Shown here: positions 15,414 to 22,737 of the stretch, piece after piece
Layout: each line of letters opens with the position of its first letter
Numbering within the stretch: position 1 is the stretch's first letter
Source: an uncultured archaeon
GTDB lineage: Archaea > Asgardarchaeota > Heimdallarchaeia > Heimdallarchaeales > Heimdallarchaeaceae
Assembly (NCBI GenBank): GCA_964549075.1
Contig: CAZJUB010000015.1
Location: 24,687-47,423, forward strand
DNA length: 22,737 bases
Direction: 5' to 3'
Position numbers and translations under genes: made by a program
Notes under the pieces: model-generated
Seen by the model: the letters and a program-made list of their open reading frames with translations, nothing else
Told to the model about the DNA's origin: nothing
The model's database searches: none

Positions 15414-17477
15414 TTACCTTGAATTCTTCTTTTTAAATCGATTATATACTAAAGTGACTAACAACATCAGTGGAATAAGAAGTAAGCTAAGAACTGGAAT
15501 AAATTCTGAGATTACTGGGTTTACTGTAACAACTACTGTATCCTCTGCAGTGTTTCCTGCAAGATCTTCAACGACAATTCTGAATGAGTATATATCTACA
15601 GATAAACCATCAACATCTACTACGATTGGATTATTTGAGTCCCAGTAACCTGAGGTATAGACGGTTTCCGGACCACCGCTTGGATTAATGTAAACCGTGT
15701 AAACGTGTGGATTCATATCCGTAGCTGACCAATCTATGGTGTTACCAGTCGCTCCTACTATGTAGTCGAAGTTTGCAACGCCTACTACATCGGGATTGAT
15801 GAAATCAATAGTGGTCTCGATAATATTAAGCTTGATCTGACCAGGTAGTATTAAGTAATAGATAAGATTTGAACTTTTCTCAACATATAAGACAGAGTTA
15901 GGATAAGCGAAGTAGGTTAAAGTCCAAACTTCAGTATATTCCCAGGACTTGCTACCATTAATAGTCATCATATCGAACCAATAAACCCAATTTGCATTAT
16001 CACCAATTATAGGATTAGGAACGAGGTTAGCAAAAGCGAAGAATTTCTGATAGAGAAACATCGAAGTTGGGTCGACAGAAACATAACCGTTGAGAACATT
16101 TATCACTATATAATAATTCATTTCTCCTGTAGTCCCAGTTTCGTCGTAAGAACGAAGGCTTACAAGGGTATTCATTTCAAATGGTGATAACCACTCAACA
16201 AAAGTAAAATTATATTCAGCTCCTTCAGTGGTAGATAAGGATAGATATTCCATATTTAAGATATCTCCTTCCTTAAGATTTACAATAGGTATCACATTTA
16301 CTGAGTTTATTTCTACTGAGTCATTTGATACTGACAAATCATAAAAGTGTCCTTCAATATAAATAGTATTTGTACCATTTTCAAACACAGGAACGAAAAA
16401 TTCGTCAATATACGGGTAGTTAAATGTCGTAATAAATACATCATTTACATATATGTCTATGTAATCAAGTTCATAAGAATCCGAGACATCAATTTGACAT
16501 AATACAGATCCTCCTTCTACTGTAGCATAAGGCATTGGAGATTCTATACTCAAAGTATAGACAACTGGATCAAGATATAGTTCAATAATTACACCTTCTC
16601 CATCATAGTTAATTACTGCTGTAGTTTCATTCCAATAATATTTATCAGCTGAAGCCTCAATAATATAATTTCCTGGACCTAAGTTACTACAATTAAATAA
16701 ACCATTGATATCAACATAACCATCAATGATGAAGTAATAGTATTCTGTGTAAAAGGTCACCCATGCACTTTGAATAGGATTTAGAGTCAAACTGTCATAA
16801 ACATATACTTCTAAATAACCTAGCCCTGGGGTGTACTTTGGTGCTAAAAGTATTTCTAGATATACTCCTTCGCCGTCATAAGTGATATGTGGATATGATT
16901 CATTATACCTATAATTTTCAGCGTCGACAAAAATCCAGTATTGACCAACACCTAAACCTGTAAAGTTATAGAAACCATTTACATCAGTAAGTCCAGAATC
17001 TATGTATATACCACTATCACCTGTATAAAGACCAACGTTTGCATTTGGTATTGCAGAAAAATTCCCTGCATCAAGAACGTATAATTCAAAATATCCATTT
17101 CCCGGAGTATAGGGGATAGGGAGATAAAATTCAACTACCTTTTTTTCACCTTCATAATCAATTGTAAGAAAAGAGTCGTTAAATGCATATCCTTGAGCAT
17201 ATACCTGAATAATATAGTCACCTGTTGCTAAGTCTGTAAAATTACAAAAACCACTAGTATCTGTATTAATACTAGCTATCAAAATATAATCATAATCATA
17301 GAGGTCAATGCTGGCATCATAAATGGGCGATAAAGATTCAGCTTCGTAAACGTAGACTTCGATAAAAGCAGTATCCTGAGCGGTTACGGTTAAATAAGTT
17401 GAAAATAGAGGAGTAAAAATTCCAAATAACAAGACAAAGAAAACTAAACCAAAGCAGGTTTTATTCTTTTTGTTCAT
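15414..17477 (-). CDS. Membrane-anchored cell-surface protein with three carboxypeptidase-regulatory/prealbumin-like beta-sandwich repeats and Ig-like domains
   Basis: Start ATG 17477 (GGTGA-aaaa-ATG). Signal peptide MNKKNKTCFGLVFFVLLFG. Three repeats of about 92 aa (EVYVY..P I..A...D.NG..NF..L..G.Y.I...A..Y...I.Y.GE). Ig-like end FRIVVEDLAGNTAEDTVVVTV. C-terminal ISEF, TM helix and basic tail. Confidence 0.88.
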   Translation of the reverse strand: MNKKNKTCFGLVFFVLLFGIFTPLFSTYLTVTAQDTAFIEVYVYEAESLSPIYDASIDLYDYDYILIASINTDTSGFCNFTDLATGDYIIQVYAQGYAFNDSFLTIDYEGEKKVVEFYLPIPYTPGNGYFELYVLDAGNFSAIPNANVGLYTGDSGIYIDSGLTDVNGFYNFTGLGVGQYWIFVDAENYRYNESYPHITYDGEGVYLEILLAPKYTPGLGYLEVYVYDSLTLNPIQSAWVTFYTEYYYFIIDGYVDINGLFNCSNLGPGNYIIEASADKYYWNETTAVINYDGEGVIIELYLDPVVYTLSIESPMPYATVEGGSVLCQIDVSDSYELDYIDIYVNDVFITTFNYPYIDEFFVPVFENGTNTIYIEGHFYDLSVSNDSVEINSVNVIPIVNLKEGDILNMEYLSLSTTEGAEYNFTFVEWLSPFEMNTLVSLRSYDETGTTGEMNYYIVINVLNGYVSVDPTSMFLYQKFFAFANLVPNPIIGDNANWVYWFDMMTINGSKSWEYTEVWTLTYFAYPNSVLYVEKSSNLIYYLILPGQIKLNIIETTIDFINPDVVGVANFDYIVGATGNTIDWSATDMNPHVYTVYINPSGGPETVYTSGYWDSNNPIVVDVDGLSVDIYSFRIVVEDLAGNTAEDTVVVTVNPVISEFIPVLSLLLIPLMLLVTLVYNRFKKKNSR

Positions 17478-17808
17478 TTTTTCACCTACATATTTTATAA
17501 GCTTAAACAATTAGCTTATCAATAAAAATTTTTAACAAATTTTATAAATGTTTTCCATTATTTGAATATATAATATGTTCATCTATTATTTTAAAAAAAA
17601 AGAAAAAAGAAGAAAGAAAAATTTTAGAATCTTATTTTACTTTTTTTCTTAGTATAATTATTGGTACTGCTAGAAGAAATATTAGAGGTAAAAACAGATT
17701 ATTACTAAATTCCATAATCGAGGGTTAATCTGAAATAACATTAAAAAATCAAATTTAAATATAACATAAAATATAATTAGCAGTAATTAAAATATAAAGG
17801 GTATATCT

Positions 17809-18762
17809 GTGAATAGTGAAGAATATGCAATTGTTATTGAAAATTTAGTCAAAAAGTATGGTGATTTATTAGCTGTAAATAATATTTCATTTAAAATTCG
17901 AAAAGGAGAAATCTTTGCATTTTTAGGACCTAACGGGGCAGGAAAAACCACAACAGTAGAAATACTTGAAGGAATTAGGAAAAAAACAAGTGGAAAAGCT
18001 TACGTTTTAGGGAAGGATATTGATAAGAAGAAGGAATTGGATAGTTTAAAGAAAATTATAGGTACTCTCCCTCAAGAATTTAATACGCACGAAAATTTGA
18101 CTGTAAAAGAGAATCTTAGATTTTGGAGTAAAATGTATGAAAAATCACTTTCTATCGATTATTTAATTGACTTGGTTAAACTTACAGATAAAACCAAAGA
18201 AAGGTATAAGAATCTTTCTGGTGGATTAAAAAGAAGGCTAGGAATAGCTATTTCACTTGTAAATGATCCAGAATTGATTTTTTTGGATGAGCCTACTACT
18301 GGTTTAGATCCTAGAGCACGAAGAGAAACTTGGGAAGTGATTGAGGATTTAAAGGAACAAGGAAAAACGGTTTTCTTAACTACTCATTATATGGAAGAAG
18401 CTCAAGTTTTAGCAGATGAAGTAGCTATAATTCACAAAGGAGAAATAATAGATATTGGGACTCCTACTCAACTGATTGATAAATACGGAGGAGACAATAA
18501 AATCATTGTTAGATGCAATAGTGATGAAGTACGACAACAAATTTACAGTATTCTTTTTGAGTTAGGACCTGCAGAAAATGAGGATAAAGACATAGTTGTT
18601 TCAGCAAAGCGAGGAGGTTTATCTAAAGTTGTTGATCTTTTAGAAGACAACAAAATTCCTTATACTGATATAATTTCTCAAAGACCGACTCTTGAAGATG
18701 TATTTTTGTCATTAACTGGCGAAGTATTGATAGATAAGAAAGCAGTAAAAACTGCTACATAG
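17809..18762 (+). CDS. ABC-2 type exporter ATP-binding subunit (DrrA/NodI-like)
   Basis: Walker A GPNGAGKT, signature LSGG, Walker B IFLDEPTTGLD, TTHYMEEA, C-terminal PTLEDVFL. GTG start. Confidence 0.96.
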   Translation: MNSEEYAIVIENLVKKYGDLLAVNNISFKIRKGEIFAFLGPNGAGKTTTVEILEGIRKKTSGKAYVLGKDIDKKKELDSLKKIIGTLPQEFNTHENLTVKENLRFWSKMYEKSLSIDYLIDLVKLTDKTKERYKNLSGGLKRRLGIAISLVNDPELIFLDEPTTGLDPRARRETWEVIEDLKEQGKTVFLTTHYMEEAQVLADEVAIIHKGEIIDIGTPTQLIDKYGGDNKIIVRCNSDEVRQQIYSILFELGPAENEDKDIVVSAKRGGLSKVVDLLEDNKIPYTDIISQRPTLEDVFLSLTGEVLIDKKAVKTAT

Positions 18763-18773
18763 GAAGTGCTAAG

Positions 18774-19985
18774 ATGGTAAAAGGTAAATCTATTTTTTCA
18801 AAAATAAGATTCAGTTTTCGAAAAATCTTTGGGTTTACTAGTACTACTGCATTAAGTTGGATAAAAACAGGACCTGCACTATTCTTTACTTTCATCTACC
18901 CTATTATCATGATACTATTGTTTGGATATATTTTTAGTGCTGGAGGAGATGAAAATCTCTATAATCTCGCTTATATGAATAATGATACTTATCAAGTAGG
19001 AGATCAATATTATAGTTATACTCCAGCTTCAATTCTATTACAAAGGCTCGGTTATCAAAATAGTACTCTTGCAGAAGAATTGAATCTAAATTTACAAGAG
19101 GTATATTATAATTCTTCACAAACAACTGCTATGGATTGGATGAAGGATAATGATATACCTTATTTACTTGTCATTCCAGAAGGTTGGTCTGCTACATTAA
19201 ATGAATCAATTACTAATAGTTCAGCGCCAATAGCAAATATCTATTACTACTATGATCCATCTTATACTAGTTCAATGGAAGTAAGAAGTATTATAGACAA
19301 TGTTCTACAAAAGATGAATATTGAGGAATTTGGTATACAATCGTTTATACAAATCGAAACAAAAACCACTCCAAGTCGTGAAGGTTTAAACTATATTGAT
19401 TTCTATGTTCCAGGAATTATTATGGTCACAATTTCAACTTCTGGAATGATGGGATTAGTTAGTACGGTCACAGAAGAAAGAAAAACAGGATTGATCTATA
19501 AAATATCTTCTACTCCTTTGAAGAAATGGGAATGGAGCTTGTCTCAATTATTATGGCAAGCAATATTAGGCATCATTGTTGCGATATTGACAGTATTAAC
19601 TGGGTGGGTTGCATTTGGTTTTAACTTAAAATCCATCCATCCTTTGATGATTGTTGCATTAATATTTGGTTCAATGACTTTTGCAGGATTGGCTTTAATT
19701 CTTGCGTTTTTTGTTAGGAGAACTGAAGCTGCAATGGCAGTAACAATGGCTTTTGTTTTTCCTCAAATGTTCTTATCAGGAGCTATTTTCCCAGCTGAGA
19801 TGTTACCTAGTTATATGCAGACTATAGCAAAAATCTTTCCACTATACTATATGGGAGAAGCAATGAGAAACATGATGTTAGCATCAACTTTTCATAAAGT
19901 ATGGCTAAATTTGGGTATAACAATAGCAATGGGAGTGGTTTTCTTTGTTATAGGTTCAATAATTACAAAATGGAGGAAAGAATAA
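18774..19985 (+). CDS. ABC-2 type permease
   Basis: N-terminal TM (FFTFIYPIIMILLFG), an extracellular loop, YIDFYVPGI, ERKTG, five further TMs and FLSGAIFP. Confidence 0.93.
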   Translation: MVKGKSIFSKIRFSFRKIFGFTSTTALSWIKTGPALFFTFIYPIIMILLFGYIFSAGGDENLYNLAYMNNDTYQVGDQYYSYTPASILLQRLGYQNSTLAEELNLNLQEVYYNSSQTTAMDWMKDNDIPYLLVIPEGWSATLNESITNSSAPIANIYYYYDPSYTSSMEVRSIIDNVLQKMNIEEFGIQSFIQIETKTTPSREGLNYIDFYVPGIIMVTISTSGMMGLVSTVTEERKTGLIYKISSTPLKKWEWSLSQLLWQAILGIIVAILTVLTGWVAFGFNLKSIHPLMIVALIFGSMTFAGLALILAFFVRRTEAAMAVTMAFVFPQMFLSGAIFPAEMLPSYMQTIAKIFPLYYMGEAMRNMMLASTFHKVWLNLGITIAMGVVFFVIGSIITKWRKE

Positions 19986-19987
19986 TT

Positions 19988-21244
19988 ATGTCACAAGAAA
20001 AAGATGGTTCAGAAACAAGAAAAGAGAGGAAGATATTTTCAAACTTCTCTATTGGTTTCAAAAGAATAGGGGCTTATATTTCCGCAGCACTATTAGATTT
20101 TAAAAGATCCCCACTTACCATGTTTTTCACTGTTGCTTACCCAATTATTCTTATTTTATTATTTGGTGCAATTTTCTCTGATTCAAACACTGCTTTTACT
20201 TCCTATAATCTATATATCCAAAGTGAAGGTGATGAGGGGTTTTTAATCCAACCGTCTCCTCCAATATTACTAAATTTTACTGATACTCTGATTTCTGCAT
20301 TAACTGATATTGAAACTAATGATAGCCAGCCTTTTTTCAACATTAATTTTATACCACTTAAAGATGAACAAAATAACATAATAGATCCTGGAACTTACCT
20401 TGAAGAAGTAGAAGGATATATATGTTTAGTAATCCCAAAGAATTTTACCCAAGAAATTCTATTTGATTATCCTACAAATCTTACTATTATATTAGATAAA
20501 AATTCTCAATCAGCTTCAATTTCATTAAGTATAATTAACAATATTGTGTATAATTTCAATTTAGCAGTTAATGGCTCTCAAACAAATTTAGGAATGGAAA
20601 CTATTGATATCTATTTAGGACAACAGATTGAATATTTTGAATTTCTTATTCCTGGTATAATAGCTATAGCAATAATGAACAATGCAGTGTTAGGAACGAT
20701 TAACAGATATAGCTATTTTAAGAAGCAAGGTTTCTTTAGAAAGCTGATAACAACTCCGATGAAGAAAAGAGATGTAGTACTTGGAGAAACCTTTTGGCAA
20801 CTAATTCAAGCAATAATTTCAATAATAGCCATACTTTTAATCGCTTGGATGGTTTTTAAACTTCCTCAAGGAGATTTTACATGGATTTTAAGAGTTCTTG
20901 ATTGGAAAATTATTCCTGTAGCTATTGCTGGGGTCATGTGTTTTACAGGATTAGGGATGATAGGAGCGAGAATAGTAAAGAATCCTGAATCAGGAACAGC
21001 AGTTGGGAATTTTATTTCTTTTCCAATGATGTTCCTTAGCGGGGCATTTTTTGATGTTTCTGGTGTACCAGTTATTAGCACCATTTCTAAGATGATACCA
21101 TTGACCTATATGATTGATTCTCTAAGAGCATCTATGATAACAAACAATCCACCAATAGCGTGGATTAATATGGGTATTAGTTTAGCTTTTAGCGTAGCTA
21201 TTTTGATAATAGGGATATTACTAACAAAACTATCTGAGGATTAA
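19988..21244 (+). CDS. ABC-2 type permease (second, paralogous)
   Basis: Start moved to ATG 19988, after GGAGG and 2 nt after the previous stop. Motifs FFTVAYPIILILLFG, YFEFLIPGI and FLSGAFF. Confidence 0.93.
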   Translation: MSQEKDGSETRKERKIFSNFSIGFKRIGAYISAALLDFKRSPLTMFFTVAYPIILILLFGAIFSDSNTAFTSYNLYIQSEGDEGFLIQPSPPILLNFTDTLISALTDIETNDSQPFFNINFIPLKDEQNNIIDPGTYLEEVEGYICLVIPKNFTQEILFDYPTNLTIILDKNSQSASISLSIINNIVYNFNLAVNGSQTNLGMETIDIYLGQQIEYFEFLIPGIIAIAIMNNAVLGTINRYSYFKKQGFFRKLITTPMKKRDVVLGETFWQLIQAIISIIAILLIAWMVFKLPQGDFTWILRVLDWKIIPVAIAGVMCFTGLGMIGARIVKNPESGTAVGNFISFPMMFLSGAFFDVSGVPVISTISKMIPLTYMIDSLRASMITNNPPIAWINMGISLAFSVAILIIGILLTKLSED

Positions 21245-21273
21245 AGAATAAAATTACACTTAAAAATAGTCTA

Positions 21274-21771
21274 TCAGATTTTTTTATTGTAAAAGCAACT
21301 ATTACCTTCAGAATAGATTTGTTCAAAACCATGGTGTTCATAAAATCTTCTTGCTACGTTATTCGATTTTGCAACATGAAAAGCTATATTACTCAATCCT
21401 TGTTCTTTCGACCAGTCTTCAGCTAAAGCAATAAATTTCGAAGCTAATCCTTGTTTTCGAAAGTGTGGCTCTACAAATACATTAACAATCCAAGCTAAAG
21501 ACTCTTGAATTAAGTCGAAATCATCTCTTATTTGCAACCACAAAATACCAGAATTTTCTCCTTTTTCTGTTTCTGCTACAAAAATTGAATACTGTGGATT
21601 ATTTGGGTTCATAGCTTTTTTTTCTTTGTCATAAAAATCTTGAAAAGTTTTTCGTGCTTCTTCTTCAGTAGCATCATTTTCTTCACAATATGTTATTTTA
21701 TAACTTTGAAAAGTTGTTTCTAGCCAATAATCAAAGTCTTTTAATTTATCCATTTCACGAATTTGAAACAT
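21274..21771 (-). CDS. GNAT family N-acetyltransferase
   Basis: Motif A VFVEPHFRKQGLASKFI and motif B HVAKSNNVARRFYEHHGF. Start moved to ATG 21771 (GGAG upstream); the Phe-rich extension in the track is a translated T-tract. Confidence 0.92.
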   Translation of the reverse strand: MFQIREMDKLKDFDYWLETTFQSYKITYCEENDATEEEARKTFQDFYDKEKKAMNPNNPQYSIFVAETEKGENSGILWLQIRDDFDLIQESLAWIVNVFVEPHFRKQGLASKFIALAEDWSKEQGLSNIAFHVAKSNNVARRFYEHHGFEQIYSEGNSCFYNKKI

Positions 21772-21865
21772 TTTTTTTCTCCATTTACTAATCTTGAAAA
21801 TAAATATTATTAAAATGAGAAAAAAAATCATAAGTAAAAACATATTGGAATGTATATTGAAAAAA

Positions 21866-21890
21866 ATATCAAAAAAAAAGAAAAAAAATT
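21866..21890 (-). terminator. Probable archaeal T-rich terminator downstream of the Ntn-hydrolase gene
   Basis: The minus strand reads TTTTTTTTCTTTTTTTTTG a few bases after the TGA at 21891-21893. Confidence 0.4.
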
Positions 21891-22737
21891 TCACGGATTT
21901 TTCCTTTTTCCTTTAAATGAAAATATCTTAACAAACAATAAAAGTGCAAAAAAACAAATTGCATATGAAATATTAAATTCTGTTTTTTCAGTGGTTGTAG
22001 TTGTTTCAAAGATAATGTCAATCTTTTCAGTTTTTACAAGGACTCCTTCTTCTACTCCTTCTACTCCAAAAAAACTATCTTTTTGAACATAGGAAGATTT
22101 GTCCGCTAAAATAGCTGTTAAATTGTATTTATTTTGGACCGAAAAATCTTCTCCTGAATTAAAATAAAATTCTAGATTAACTGGATCACAAATATTACTG
22201 TATTTAGTTGAATAAACACCTTTTTGATGAACATTATAGAGTAGGTCTGCGCAATATGAGATGTTGAGATCTTCTTCATATTCAACTGCTCGCAGCATAT
22301 TTGTTGCAGTTTCATATCGTTGGCAAGGATAAGATCCGTGTGTTACATTGTTCAAATCAAAATTGGTAGACACCATAAAATTGTCATTAATTCTTGTAAA
22401 TACCCATTGACCTGTAGAATTTACACCAACCACAACAGCATCTCCTGTTTTATCAGCATAATGGAACTGAGCTCCAAGGTATCCACTCCATTTATGATTT
22501 TCAAACCAATCTATTACTTCTACTACAGTTTTACAATCCCACAGCACTTGTGCGAGAGCATGAGTAGTATATGGAAAATGAGCAGTAGGATTAAGATTCA
22601 ACTGAATGTCTGGCAAACCATTTGCATCATAACACAAACCATATTCATTCATACCACCTTGTTCCCAACCGTCCGTTTCAGAATTATCGTTATTATCAAA
22701 ACCAAAAAAAACCGAACCATATATTTCTTTAATTCCA
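21891..22737 (-). CDS. Ntn-hydrolase (C45/AAT or choloylglycine-hydrolase-like), 5'-partial, with C-terminal membrane anchor
   Basis: The frame is open to the window edge (GIKEIYGSVFFGF...WEQGGMNEYGL). Motifs GGMNEYGL, CKTVVEVI, HYADKTGDAVVV, VSTNF, CQRYETA and TKYSNI. A Thr-rich linker, TM helix and basic tail end the protein. Confidence 0.85.
   Translation of the reverse strand, partial: GIKEIYGSVFFGFDNNDNSETDGWEQGGMNEYGLCYDANGLPDIQLNLNPTAHFPYTTHALAQVLWDCKTVVEVIDWFENHKWSGYLGAQFHYADKTGDAVVVGVNSTGQWVFTRINDNFMVSTNFDLNNVTHGSYPCQRYETATNMLRAVEYEEDLNISYCADLLYNVHQKGVYSTKYSNICDPVNLEFYFNSGEDFSVQNKYNLTAILADKSSYVQKDSFFGVEGVEEGVLVKTEKIDIIFETTTTTEKTEFNISYAICFFALLLFVKIFSFKGKRKNP

Noticed and set aside
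17511-17808. A-tract/T-tract region between the divergent surface-protein and ABC genes as a possible ncRNA or hairpin element
   Set aside because: Only low-complexity complementarity with no GC-supported stem; consistent with divergent promoter DNA.
2653-22086. Other short overlapping track ORFs (2653, 4707, 7036, 7095, 8423, 8792, 9011, 10996, 11120, 15163, 15370, 18934, 20866, 21850)
   Set aside because: Each overlaps a better-supported gene in another frame or strand and shows no independent coding signal.
1-22737. Mobile element, provirus or defence island
   Set aside because: No integrase, transposase, terminal repeats, capsid, nuclease or tRNA att site was recognised.

Overview
AT-rich archaeal DNA, most likely from an Asgard archaeon. 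This is inferred from the GGTGA ribosome-binding sites, expanded Arf-like small GTPases with longin/roadblock-like tails, and a DUF835 regulator. The left two-thirds (about 1-14.6 kb) is a dense signalling locus. It holds five paralogous Arf/Sar1-like GTPases in two divergent arms, a GAF-like/PAS protein with an unknown, possibly longin/uDENN-like output domain, a 6xPAS-DUF835-wHTH regulator, one canonical and one Asp-less receiver protein, and no histidine kinase. The most striking gene (1304-4027, minus) encodes eight 28-aa repeats resembling WH2/beta-thymosin actin-binding motifs (best copy LQTEIKDVKAGLKKVSEEEK), then a sigma70-region-4-like HTH and TPRs. Together these may form an undescribed sensor/small-GTPase/actin system; that link is inference. 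The window opens with an in-frame 15-bp tandem repeat encoding SEG(K/R)E. The right third holds a DUF1697 pseudogene, a small beta-barrel protein with an apparent ACG start, a membrane-anchored surface protein, an ABC-2 exporter operon, a GNAT acetyltransferase and a partial Ntn-hydrolase. All domain calls come from motif recognition by eye; no searches were run.
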